A stretch of 63,783 nucleotides of DNA, the filler included, from Octopus bimaculoides (lineage: Eukaryota), in assembly GCF_001194135.2 (NCBI RefSeq). It is 3 parts of 3 records of this genome, joined end to end, with 100 filler letters (N's around TTAATTAATTAA, not from the genome) between each part and the next. Parts side by side here need not be neighbours in the genome. Positions count along the whole stretch, not along the records: positions 27,726 to 57,091 come from NC_068996.1; positions 57,192 to 63,783 come from NC_068990.1; 1 more part is not named here. One strand, given 5' to 3'. Shown here in pieces: positions 54,400-63,752 of this stretch. Both the position numbers and the translations under genes were made by a program. Every line of letters begins with the position of its first letter. Position 1 is the first letter of the stretch. The notes beneath the pieces were generated by a model. The model ran no database searches. It was not told the DNA's origin and worked only from the letters and a program-made list of their open reading frames with translations.

Positions 54400-54433
<34 letters not shown>

Positions 54434-55755
54434 TCAACCAAAAGAAAAACCTTAGGAATGAGAACCCAGGGTTGGGTCCAAATTTCCACAAGGACACCTG
54501 ATGAAGGCTGGAGAGTAAAACAGCCAAAATGTTGTGGTAAAAACAAACAAGATGAGGACACATATCTGTTTCGTGGGTGGGAAACTAAACAATGAATTCC
54601 AATGTTCCTTTCAGTGTAGAAGCATCTCGTCTGATGATATAACTTAGTTTTTCTCATTACATAATTGATGCTTCACTCTTAAGCTTAACTAGAATATGTT
54701 GGTAATAGTCGTATCTAAAATACACCAGGTAGCCATAAGCAGTGAACATTTTAAATTTTATATATATATAAAAATATATATATAATATAAGAGAGAGAGA
54801 GAAAGGTTAAATTCTGAGTGTTGTTACAATTGTGAATTTTTCATTTTTGTTTTGGGTATTTTTATTTCCATGTCATCGAAAATAATTAACCCTTTATCCT
54901 TCAGGTTACTCTGTCAAAGGCAATGCTTATTTATTCACAATAATTTGAATTAATTATGCATTATCTAAAAAGCTTTGACATTTTTATTGTGGCTATTTTT
55001 AGAATGGCATTGCCAGGTAGGTGTGAAATGCCGGATCTGGATGGTTTGAACATAAAATAAGTACAGCTTGTCGTCGACCTACAACCACAATTGGTTCTGA
55101 TTGATAGGTCATAAGTCAGCCTGTAGGCCTACATAGCTTTGATTTATATTTTCCCATTCTTAAGGTACATTCTCAGGTAAAAGTCACACACAGCATTCTG
55201 TATTATACTATTATACTGGCGTTGGTCAAAAATATTGGAGTCTTAAGCAGTTGTCTTAGAAACAGATATGAGGTTGCCTCGATGTCTCCACTACAGGATA
55301 ATTATCCAACACAATGGTGATTGATAACCAAATCTAGGGGAAGTTTGTTAGTTGACATCATCCATAGACGAGTTAATTTCTAAGAAATTAAACCCATTAG
55401 ATTTCAACTGGACTATTTATTATTGCTGCTGGAAGCTAGCGTGCCAATCGTTATAAAGTCAATCAATCATAAGTCAGATAGGTTATAAGTGGACAACGAC
55501 CTGTACAACATTTGGGTTGAGGTATGGCCATTTTAAGTGGTAAACTTAGCTTTTGTTGCTTCTCTTGATTTAATGATTAATTGAAAATATTTTTCTGAAT
55601 TGTCAGGTATTTGGACTATGGAGAATCTACTTGGAAGGAACAAGTCAAAAAGTCTTTAGATAATGTTGAAACTTATCATCCTGAAGTACGCCAAAATTTT
55701 CTTGCAACACTTGATTGGCTGCGGGAACATGCATGTTCCAGATCCTATGGATTAG
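29207..55755 (+). CDS. LARS1: Cytosolic leucyl-tRNA synthetase, partial multi-exon gene (12 internal exons): join(29207..29368,31415..31527,35771..35834,37148..37215,40769..40994,43249..43336,45693..45769,47722..47775,50090..50230,51604..51681,53788..53873,55607..55755)
   Basis: All exons are AG/GT bounded and phase-compatible. They splice into one stop-free 1306-nt frame from [17 protein letters not shown] to [13 protein letters not shown], including [51 protein letters not shown] and [15 protein letters not shown], all hallmark eukaryotic cytosolic LeuRS motifs. Confidence 0.98.
31415..31527 (+). CDS. LARS1: LARS1 exon (113 nt): [38 protein letters not shown]
   Basis: cttag|GTT ... AAACG|gtatgt. 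Confidence 0.98.
35771..35834 (+). CDS. LARS1: LARS1 exon (64 nt): [21 protein letters not shown]
   Basis: ttacag|GTAC ... GAG|gtaagg. Confidence 0.98.
37148..37215 (+). CDS. LARS1: LARS1 exon (68 nt): [22 protein letters not shown](S)
   Basis: ttgcag|GGT ... TTAAG|gtaata. Confidence 0.98.
37329..37606. mobile_element. hAT-Charlie-type MITE
   Basis: TIR CAGTGGTTCCCAGAC / GTTTGGGAACCACTG; flanks gtatagat and atttaggt resemble a diverged 8-bp TSD. Confidence 0.85.
38781..38993. mobile_element. piggyBac-like MITE (TTAA target)
   Basis: TTAA|CCCTTTTGATACC ... GGTAACAAAAGGG|TTAA. Confidence 0.85.
39345..39560 (+). mobile_element. Mariner-derived MITE (about 215 bp)
   Basis: TIR GGGGTGCTGAAAA(C)TTCCTGG / CCAGGAACTTTTCAGCACC, TA flanks, retains the transposase C-terminal ..[11 protein letters not shown]; same family as 58267-58483. 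Confidence 0.85.
40478..40615 (+). mobile_element. Penelope pseudo-LTR 3' fragment with decayed hammerhead-like motif (same family as 48590-48720)
   Basis: CTATTGA-A-GAGC-GTAG-GCTT-GAAAC-ATA-AAAGAC...; the flanking 130 bp match the reverse complement of 48595-48715. Confidence 0.65.
40769..40994 (+). CDS. LARS1: LARS1 exon (226 nt), start of CP1 editing domain: (S)[29 protein letters not shown]...[11 protein letters not shown]...EFVGQ
   Basis: ttgcag|TCC ... CAG|gttagg; threonine-rich AATLRPET motif. Confidence 0.98.
42694..43059. mobile_element. Two tandem piggyBac-like MITE copies
   Basis: TTAA|CTCGTTAGCATT..AATGCTAAAGGC|TTAA..AATGCTGAAGGG|CTAA; the internal sequence repeats in both halves and matches 54890-55540 in reverse. 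Confidence 0.65.
43249..43336 (+). CDS. LARS1: LARS1 exon (88 nt): [29 protein letters not shown](G)
   Basis: ttccag|GAT ... AAAG|gtttgt. Confidence 0.97.
43487..44678 (-). mobile_element. Internally deleted maT/DD37D-like Tc1/mariner element with a nested SINE (about 43560-43905)
   Basis: Minus translation FWPPN...MDYY..G and ..[12 protein letters not shown]; TIRs CAAGGTGTTCGGTCTAAATTTAACA (43487) and TGTCAGATTTAGCCTGAACACCCTG (ends 44678). Confidence 0.75.
44681..44892. mobile_element. Tc1/mariner-type MITE with internal tandem duplication
   Basis: TIR CAGGGTGTCCACAAAG..GGTACATGG and CCATGTACC..CTTGTGGACACCCTG, TA on both sides, about 80-bp internal unit present twice. Confidence 0.85.
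45693..45769 (+). CDS. LARS1: LARS1 exon (77 nt): (G)[25 protein letters not shown]
   Basis: attcag|GA ... CAG|gtaaaa; GTG and editing-site Asp motif. Confidence 0.98.
47722..47775 (+). CDS. LARS1: LARS1 exon (54 nt): [18 protein letters not shown]
   Basis: atctag|CAA ... CCT|gtaagt. Confidence 0.95.
48590..49930 (-). mobile_element. Penelope-like element (Neptune-like GIY-YIG) with 3' UTR and an oppositely oriented pseudo-LTR fragment
   Basis: ORF 49122-49430 has [35 protein letters not shown] and PVSYHF..GH. Hammerhead-like motifs at 48678-48714 (-) and 49817-49877 (+). Confidence 0.9.
48678..48714 (-). ncRNA. Minimal hammerhead-like motif with variant core CUAUUGA
   Basis: CUAU-CUAUUGA-A-GAGC(AUAG)GCUC-GAAAC-GUA^AAAG. 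Confidence 0.5.
50090..50230 (+). CDS. LARS1: LARS1 exon (141 nt): [47 protein letters not shown]
   Basis: tgacag|ATT ... GGG|gtaggt; KIQSQND and KGFYEG motifs. Confidence 0.97.
51604..51681 (+). CDS. LARS1: LARS1 exon (78 nt): [26 protein letters not shown]
   Basis: tttcag|GTT ... AAG|gtcggt. Confidence 0.96.
52640..53092 (+). mobile_element. SINE/non-autonomous retroposon family C ((GAT)n tail, internal minisatellite)
   Basis: ..GGAAGGGCATCCAGCTGTAGAAAC..CCCATGCCAGCATGGAAAACGGACGTTAAATGATGATG. Copies at 33590-33893, 36850-36975, 39630-39755, 43560-43905 and 56690-56950 (+); 29470-29700, 32690-33030, 34410-34585, 34850-35200, 42150-42560, 50960-51330 and 52045-52300 (-). Confidence 0.85.
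53788..53873 (+). CDS. LARS1: LARS1 exon (86 nt): [28 protein letters not shown](W)
   Basis: cactag|AAC ... CAATG|gtaagg. Confidence 0.98.
54063..54108 (-). ncRNA. Minimal hammerhead motif, core retained, short stem I
   Basis: GAGAC-CUGAUGA-A-GGCUG(10 nt)CAGCC-GAAAU-GUU^GUAAC. Confidence 0.55.
54493..54538 (+). ncRNA. Minimal hammerhead motif, GAAA arm mutated
   Basis: GACAC-CTGATGA-A-GGCTG(10 nt)CAGCC-AAAAT-GTT^GTGGT; stem I GACAC/GTGGT pairs at 4 of 5 positions. Confidence 0.5.
54890..55545. mobile_element. piggyBac-like MITE interrupted by a Tigger/pogo-like MITE
   Basis: TTAA|CCCTTTA start; homology to 42694-43059 stops at 55063 and resumes at 55506. Confidence 0.6.
55064..55503. mobile_element. 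Tigger/pogo-like MITE
   Basis: TA|CAGCTTGTCGTCGACCTACAACC ... GGTTATAAGTGGACAACGACCTG|TA (18 of 25 matches including TA). Confidence 0.7.
55607..55755 (+). CDS. LARS1: LARS1 exon (149 nt): (W)[49 protein letters not shown](G)
   Basis: tgtcag|GTAT ... TTAG|gtagaa. Confidence 0.98.
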
Positions 55756-55820
55756 GTAGAATCTTAAATTTTAAAATTCATTCCTTTTATTATATTTATT
55801 ATTATTATTGAGTGAAAAAG

Positions 55821-56325
55821 AAGTGCATGCCATCAAAGTGACACTGGGATACAAATATACGAAGCCCATTATACCCATCAGGACTACCCGTCTGATAAAG
55901 GTACACCAGGCACATGCTTCACAACCATATGTGCGCAACATGGTGATCTCATATCAAGATAAACAGCGCATGACCTTGCAGATGGGGTCCAGTTAGAATT
56001 TTCTTCAGGTTGTGTAGCCCATCCCGCTCAAAAGGTCCCTAAATAAGGGTTGTTTAAGGATGTTGAGCGAAACACCCATGTTTCCAGGGATGAATTATCC
56101 AAGCCCCAATAAATTCTTCTCAACACATGGCTATGATGCTCCCCCACTTCTTCTGCTTGTGATCAGCGATGCACATATAGTCAGCCACCAAGGGACATTC
56201 TCAACTGGTTAAGGTCAAACAACTGACAAGCAAATCTGTGGTATTAAGCAGAATATTTGTTGTAGCCCATCTTTTATACCAAGACAAAACAATGTACATG
56301 ATAACACTTCCAATCAGTTAAGATA
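55821..56325 (-). repeat. Dispersed repeat family D (about 550 bp); second, internally deleted copy at 41134-41590
   Basis: Near-identical AAGTGCATGCCATCAAAGTGACACTGG..CCAATCA(G/A)TTAAG blocks at both loci. Confidence 0.85.
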
Positions 56326-57091
56326 ATATTATTACTATTTATTTATTTATTTATTTATTGTTATTGTTGTCGTTACCGCCACTAACACTGTTGTTGTTCA
56401 GGAGTTTTGATTTTATTTATTACATNNNNNNNNNNNNNNNNNNNNNNNNNNNNNNNNNNNNNNNNNNNNNNNNNNNNNNNNNNNNNNNNNNNNNNNNNNN
56501 NNNNNNNNNNNNNNNNNNNNNNNNNNNNNNNNNNNNNNNNNNNNNNNNNNNNNNNNNNNNNNNNNNNNNNNNNNNNNNNNNNNNNNNNNNNNNNNNNNNN
56601 NNNNNNNNNNNNNNNNNNNNNNNNNNNNNNNNNNNNNNNNNNNNAAAGGCACCTGCCCCAAAAGTCAGGGTACCCAGGGTTTTTATGGGGTTTTTCCATG
56701 AGCAGCCTTCAAGGCATGTAAAAAAACACCATTTGAGCGTGGCCGTTGCAAGTACTGTGTGACTGGCCCTCATGCTGGTGGCATGTAAAAAGCACCTACT
56801 ACACTCTCAGAGTGGTTGGCCTTAGGAAGGGCATCTAGCTGTAGAAACTCTGCCAGATCAGATTGGAGCCTGGTGCAGCCATCAGGTTCACCAGTCCCCA
56901 GTCAAATCGTCCAACCCATGCTAGCATGGAAAGCAGACGTTAAACGATGTTGATGATCCTTTTTTTTAAAAATTCTGTTAGTCTTGTTTACATGCAAAAC
57001 CTTCACAACTACACACATTCACACACATCCACACACATTTTTTTGTTTTGTCCTGTGCTGTCCATAATGTTTTTCTTCATGTTAACCCTTG

Positions 57092-57191
57092 NNNNNNNNN
57101 NNNNNNNNNNNNNNNNNNNNNNNNNNNNNNNNNNNTTAATTAATTAANNNNNNNNNNNNNNNNNNNNNNNNNNNNNNNNNNNNNNNNNNNN
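57092..57191. other. Artificial scaffold-joining spacer N44-TTAATTAATTAA-N44
   Basis: Identical to the spacer at 27626-27725. Confidence 0.95.
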
Positions 57192-57480
57192 TTCCGCTTT
57201 AGAAATTTATTGAGGATTAGTGGCGGGAAAATGCGACGACGTTCTCGAGGCAAGGCAGTCTTCCTTTGTGGTGAAAGAGGTTGTTTGATGGACAAGGTTG
57301 AAAGGCATGAGGACAGATACATTCCTCTTTGGTAGAGCTCTTATTGACTTCTTCAAGTTTCACTTGAAAAGGAAATTGAGAGTGTAGAGGGAAGTGCTGT
57401 TCTTGAGCGAGTTTATTGAAAGGTGGGTGAAAGTTGCGAAAATGGCAAGAATGGATGGTACCTCTCTATGTATAGACCTG
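57192..57480 (+). mobile_element. 3' end of Tx1/L1-like LINE ORF2, decayed
   Basis: VVKEVV*WTRLKGMRTDTFLFGRALIDFFKFHLKRKLRV*REVL..FIERWVKVAK..*. Confidence 0.55.
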
Positions 57481-58104
57481 TGAGTCGGAGAGAAGGAAAT
57501 AGATATATATAGCAGGACATCCAGCATATCTCAAAGGCAAGGTAGTTCAGTGGAGTCGAAGTCCTATTTAGGATCGAGGCCCTTGCAATACAACTGAGGC
57601 CTGCCTCAGTGATAACTCTTACTCTCTTCCCCACTTATTTAACAAGAAAATGGTAAAGCAAACAAAACGGGATTCATACTAAAGCTATATTTCTGGTGGA
57701 TCCTTGCATGCGTACAGTTGGTGGGGAGTGATATTCTTCCGGGTGTGAAGAGAACAAAGAGGGAGAACTAATTTGGGACCACACTAGAGTTTTCTCCATG
57801 TAAAACCTGAACAGACCTCATCAACAACAATAGCAACAGCGTGCAAGAACAATAATAGTAGCAACATTAGCATCAAGAGTACAAGAAAGAAGAATACCAA
57901 CAAATGTGACAACAACAATGACAGCGAAAATTACAGGAGCAAAGGTAAGGCCTACACAGGCAATAGAAACAGCAGTAGCGCCGATATTAGCATCCAATTT
58001 GTCAGTTATGGCAACTATGGTGGGAGAAAATAACGACACCAGAATATTCGCTTCTCACAGGTTGTCCCAATCCAGCACTTTCTCTGCTCTTACGCTCTTC
58101 TCTC

Positions 58105-58223
<119 letters not shown>

Positions 58224-58266
58224 TTCCTCTTACTCCTACTCTTAAATGCACAGACACAGATATATA

Positions 58267-58483
58267 CGAGGGGCTATTGAAAAGTTCCTAGCTTTAAGAG
58301 TATCACGAAACGCCTAGTTGGGGGCCCAGCCTTCCAAATTCTTTTACGGGGTTAAGGAAAACCGAAGGGCAGCTGCATTAAATATGTGAATCAGAGAGGG
58401 GAATATGTTGAATAAAATCATAATTAACTGATCCTCCTGTATTTTCTTTTACTCAAAACCAAGAACTTTTCAGCACCCCATCG
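58267..58483 (+). mobile_element. Mariner-derived MITE (second copy)
   Basis: TA|CGAGGGGCTATTGAAAAGTTCC ... GAACTTTTCAGCACCCCATCG|TA. Confidence 0.85.
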
Positions 58484-58848
58484 TACGCTCAAGAATACGG
58501 CCATGCTCCCGTCCGCTTTGGTGTTTCCCGGTAATACATCCTGGGACGAGGAACATGAACAAGAACCATCCCCTTTTTGGTCTAAGCCTAGGTCTCCAGC
58601 CGGTTGACGCGGTCTGAAGAGGCCGTCTTGTGATTGTTTTCTGCAAACATTCTAATAACATGTCCATAGCATATGAGGTGTAACATTTCAGTGCCATATT
58701 TATGGGTTCGTGTATGCGTGTGTGTGTGTGTGTGTGTAAATTCACATGTACGCATATGTGTATATATACGTGTTATATGTGTAAGTGCGTCTACTCACAC
58801 TTACATACATGAATGTAGTATACACACTTACATATATCTATCTATTTA

Positions 58849-58914
<66 letters not shown>

Positions 58915-59314
58915 NNNNNNNNNNNNNNNNNNNNNNNNNNNNNNNNNNNNNNNNNNNNNNNNNNNNNNNNNNNNNNNNNNNNNNNNNNNNNNNNNNNNNN
59001 NNNNNNNNNNNNNNNNNNNNNNNNNNNNNNNNNNNNNNNNNNNNNNNNNNNNNNNNNNNNNNNNNNNNNNNNNNNNNNNNNNNNNNNNNNNNNNNNNNNN
59101 NNNNNNNNNNNNNNNNNNNNNNNNNNNNNNNNNNNNNNNNNNNNNNNNNNNNNNNNNNNNNNNNNNNNNNNNNNNNNNNNNNNNNNNNNNNNNNNNNNNN
59201 NNNNNNNNNNNNNNNNNNNNNNNNNNNNNNNNNNNNNNNNNNNNNNNNNNNNNNNNNNNNNNNNNNNNNNNNNNNNNNNNNNNNNNNNNNNNNNNNNNNN
59301 NNNNNNNNNNNNTA

Positions 59315-59350
<36 letters not shown>

Positions 59351-59813
59351 TATATACAAGTATATATATATACATATAGATACAGTATATATGTAACTAT
59401 TATGCATGTACTACGTATGTGTGTATATATTATGTATATATGCATGCGTATATATACTTACACGCCACACTATACATTGGTGAGATTAACTCGAGTAGAC
59501 ACAAGACACACGCACGCTCACACAAACAGACAAACTTACACAGGTGTGTGTATGCAGACCTCTCGAGCCTTCATTCATATACTATCCTCTCTCTGTTGGC
59601 ACACCACATTTCCTATCTCTCTCTCTCACTTTCTCTCTCTCTCTCTCTCCCTTTCTTTCTCTCTCTCTCTCTTCCTCTCTCTCTCTCCCTTTCTCTCTCT
59701 CTCTCTCCATCTATTTATCTATATATATACATGTATACGCATATGTGTGGGCGTGTGTGTATAAATATACATATACATATCAGTATTTATGTATACATAC
59801 ATACATACATACA

Positions 59814-59844
<31 letters not shown>

Positions 59845-60255
59845 GCATACAAAACAACTATTTTAAGGCTCTTCCCAAACCGGTCAAGTATCCTAGTCTC
59901 TTTGCAAATCTAATAGTTTAATCACTAAAGTCAAAGTCAAAACAAATAATATAAATATATTCAGAGGCAAAAGCAAAGTAAACTGAAATAAATTCAGCAG
60001 ATATAAAATGATAAATATAAAGACGTATAGGGTTAAAATCTAGGAGACACACGCATGCTGATATCATGTACAGACAAGCAACACACATATACACACTCTT
60101 GCACTTAAACAGACGCACACATTCATATATTGTTTGTGTGTATGTGGGTATAAGCGTGTATATATATGTACATACATACATACATACATATATACATATA
60201 TATATTTATAGATATATATATATATATAAATATATATATATAAATATATATATAA

Positions 60256-60303
<48 letters not shown>

Positions 60304-60607
60304 NNNNNNNNNNNNNNNNNNNNNNNNNNNNNNNNNNNNNNNNNNNNNNNNNNNNNNNNNNNNNNNNNNNNNNNNNNNNNNNNNNNNNNNNNNNNNNNNN
60401 NNNNNNNNNNNNNNNNNNNNNNNNNNNNNNNNNNNNNNNNNNNNNNNNNNNNNNNNNNNNNNNNNNNNNNNNNNNNNNNNNNNNNNNNNNNNNNNNNNNN
60501 NNNNNNNNNNNNNNNNNNNNNNNNNNNNNNNNNNNNNNNNNNNNNNNNNNNNNNNNNNNNNNNNNNNNNNNNNNNNNNNNNNNNNNNNNNNNNNNNNNNN
60601 NNATATA

Positions 60608-60770
60608 GGCGTAGGAGTGGCTGTGTGGTAATTAGCTTGCTTACCAATCACATGGTACTGGGTTCATTCCCACTGCGTGGCACCTTGAGCAAGTGTCTTC
60701 TACTATAGCCTCGGGCCGACCAAAGCCTTGTGAGTGGATTTGGTAGACGGAAACTGAAAGAAACCTGTCG

Positions 60771-60801
<31 letters not shown>

Positions 60802-61043
60802 GTATGTGTGTGTATGTGTTCGTGTGTCTGTGTTTGTCCCCCCACCACCACCAACATCGCTTGACAACCGATGGTGGTGTGTTTAGGTCCCCGTAACTTA
60901 GCGGCTCGACATAAGAGATCGATAGAATAAGTACTAGGCATCTAAAGAATAAGTCCTGTGGTCGATTTTCTCGACTAAAGGCGGTGCTCCAGCATGGCCG
61001 CAGTCAAATGACTGAAACAAGTAAAAGAGAAAAGAGAAAAGAG
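60608..61043 (+). mobile_element. SINE family A, full-length young copy (tRNA head, internal microsatellite, AAAGAG-repeat tail)
   Basis: GGCGTAGGAGTGGCTGTGTGGTA..GGGTTCATTCCC..CTTGAGCAAG..GACTGAAACAAGTAAAAGAG. About 20 full or partial copies, e.g. 3890-4308, 9190-9580, 18550-18815 and 53335-53715 (+); 30010-30285, 35960-36250, 37950-38310 and 39838-40442 (-). Confidence 0.9.
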
Positions 61044-61409
61044 TATATATATATATATATATAAACAAAACACACACATGTAAGTGTATGTATGTATCTA
61101 TGTACGTATGTATGTATATGTTTGTATATATAGACGCAGGAGTCTTTGTCGTAAGTAGCTTGCTTCCCAACCACATGGTTCTGGGCTCAGTTCCACGGAG
61201 TGGCATCTGAGGCAAGTGTTTTCTACTATAACCTCGGGCTGACCAAAGCCTTGCGAGTCAATTTGGTAGACGGAAACTGAAAGAAGCTCATCGTTTATAT
61301 TCCCTTTGTCAGTCATTAAATTAGTGTTTGTGGCATTAGAGCTAATTTAACTCTTATTTTAGCATAATCGGCGCTGACCAGCACCCTCTGTCACTTTTGT
61401 GACCTCTAC

Positions 61410-61479
<70 letters not shown>

Positions 61480-62000
61480 TACAATAGAACAAAAATGCAA
61501 TAGAGGACAATAAAACATCCGGACAGAAAAAACGGACAGGTAAAACAACAATTAGAAGGACAGGAAAAAAAAAAGGACAAGTCATTCGTGGCCTTCTTTC
61601 GTCAATCACGTTACCAGATGTCCTTATAGTTTCTGGCAGTTACACTTGAGAAAGATCGATCTGGTTGACCCGAAAAAAGTCTAAGCTAAGAGCATTAGAT
61701 TTCTTGCAAGAATGCTAGCGAATGTGTACAACAAAGACAAAAAACAGAGAACAAGGTACACAATTACAAATACAAACAACAAAAATATAACAACAGGTGT
61801 CTTTCGACTGAGGCCGAATCAAATTGAGCTGGCGTGTATGAAGTGAAAGCCTCAAGGCAGGAACATAGGAGATGGTCTTAAGAGGTGTTGGCGATCGGCA
61901 GTCAGACCAACAAATCCTTCAATCTCACTGCCCACTATCTCTCTCTCCTCCTTCCACGTGACCGGTTTTCGACCAGCCATGAGAAGCGAAAACACCTAGC
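61480..62000 (-). repeat. LINE 3' UTR-like repeat; second copy at about 30730-30950 (+)
   Basis: Reverse complement of 61485-61710 aligns to 30730-30950 (..TAATGCTCTTA(G/T)CTTAGACTTTTT..CAACCAGATCGA..). Confidence 0.55.
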
Positions 62001-62009
62001 ATCATAGCA

Positions 62010-63268
62010 TCATAATTTTGAAATATCTATAAAACCGCCAAAAGCTTGTTTATTTTATGTTTTTTGATTTATTATGTGTGTTGCTTAATATGTTTTGCTA
62101 AAATTGGTGTCTTGTTTTCAGATATCATCAGAAAAAGGTAATTAAAATTTCTTTAAAATAAAAGATCTATCGGACTTTCAATGAGGTCAAATTGTTGGNN
62201 NNNNNNNNNNNNNNNNNNNNNNNNNNNNNNNNNNNNNNNNNNNNNNNNNNNNNNNNNNNNNNNNNNNNNNNNNNNNNNNNNNNNNNNNNNNNNNNNNNNN
62301 NNNNNNNNNNNNNNNNNNNNNNNNNNNNNNNNNNNNNNNNNNNNNNNNNNNNNNNNNNNNNNNNNNNNNNNNNNNNNNNNNNNNNNNNNNNNNNNNNNNN
62401 NNNNNNNNNNNNNNNNNNNNNNNNNNNNNNNNNNNNNNNNNNNNNNNNNNNNNNNNNNNNNNNNNNNNNNNNNNNNNNNNNNNNNNNNNNNNNNNNNNNN
62501 NNNNNNNNNNNNNNNNNNNNNNNNNNNNNNNNNNNNNNNNNNNNNNNNNNNNNNNNNNNNNNNNNNNNNNNNNNNNNNNNNNNNNNNNNNNNNNNNNNNN
62601 NNNNNNNNNNNNNNNNNNNNNNNNNNNNNNNNNNNNNNNNNNNNNNNNNNNNNNNNNNNNNNNNNNNNNNNNNNNNNNNNNNNNNNNNNNNNNNNNNNNN
62701 NNNNNNNNNNNNNNNNNNNNNNNNNNNNNNNNNNNNNNNNNNNNNNNNNNNNNNNNNNNNNNNNGGGGGCTATATCTTGGAAATCCGCCGGCCCAATGCT
62801 TTCCCTTCATGGCAGAATTAATAGTCAAGACTATTTAAGCATTTTATCTGATCAAATTCATCTTATGGTTGCGAAACTGTTTCCGGAGGGAAGCGTAATC
62901 TTTCAGGATTGATAATGCACCAATTCACACAGCTAAAGTTGTTACTGAATGGCACGAGTAACATTCTAGTGAAGTTGAACGTCTTATCTGGCCACCACAG
63001 TCCCCGGATCTCAATATTATTGAACATTTATCGGGCATTTTAGAAAAACAAGTAATGAGTCGATATCCTCCACCATCACCACTACAAGAACTAGAGGCCG
63101 TTGTAGCTGAAGAATGGACAAAAATTCCTTTGGAAACAATTCAAACTTTGTACGAGTCTATACCTCGTAGAATTCAAGCTGCAATTACTGCCAAAGGCGG
63201 TCCTACCCTATATTAAAATAAATTTACTTGAAATTTTATGGCGTTTCCATTATTTTATCCACCACCTG
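62010..63268 (+). mobile_element. Tc1 (DD34E-type) transposon, transposase pseudogene spanning a gap
   Basis: KDLSDFQ*GQIVG at about 62160; after the gap IFQD*DNAPIHTAK and WPPQSPDLNIIEHL..IPRRIQAAITAKGGPTLY*; right end ..CCACCACCTG followed by TA. Confidence 0.9.
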
Positions 63269-63752
63269 TATGTAAATGGACGAAGGTATGGGTGCATGTT
63301 TATATGTATGTATGCGTGCACGTGTGTATTCAATGTAGGTGTGTCTCTCCTAGATTTTAACCCTGTACGACTTACCGTATTCTATCATGGTAAATCCTAT
63401 TTCAGTGGACTTATCAATTATATTATTTTATTTCTTTTATGTTATCTATTTATTTAAACCAATAGATTAAATGATACATGTACTAAGTGAGACTTCGAGG
63501 TACCTGTCAATAAAATTTTCATAACCTATCTGTGGATTTGGCTATCTACATATCTAACCATTTTTCTCTAATGTGTGTATATGTCTCGTAGAACAAACGA
63601 GAATGTTAAAAACCACTGCATGAGTACATATGTTTGTTTTTATTTGTCTATCAATGTGTGTGTGTGCATATATATATGTTTATATATGTATGTGTGTGCA
63701 TATGTATATATGAGTGTGTGTGTATGTATAGGCATATATTTATGCATGTGCG

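Larger units (their letters stand above)
53990..54575. mobile_element. Head-to-head inverted pair of a tRNA-head + (AAT)n + hammerhead unit
   Basis: 54040-54263 is the reverse complement of 54312-54570 around a 48-bp spacer. Each unit has A box-like TAATGGTTAA, anticodon-loop-like CTACTAA, B box GAGTTCAATTCC, an (AAT)n tract and CTGATGA-AGGCTG..CAGCC-(G/A)AAAT-GTT. Confidence 0.75.

Noticed and set aside
57770-58090. T/A/V-rich 124-aa ORF
   Set aside because: Low complexity, runs into microsatellite and lacks splice signals; probably a decayed LINE ORF1 fragment.
62121-62136. AG/GT-flanked 16-nt microexon-like ATATCATCAGAAAAAG
   Set aside because: It does not encode the expected next LARS1 residues, lies in the Tc1 5' region and is on a different scaffold.
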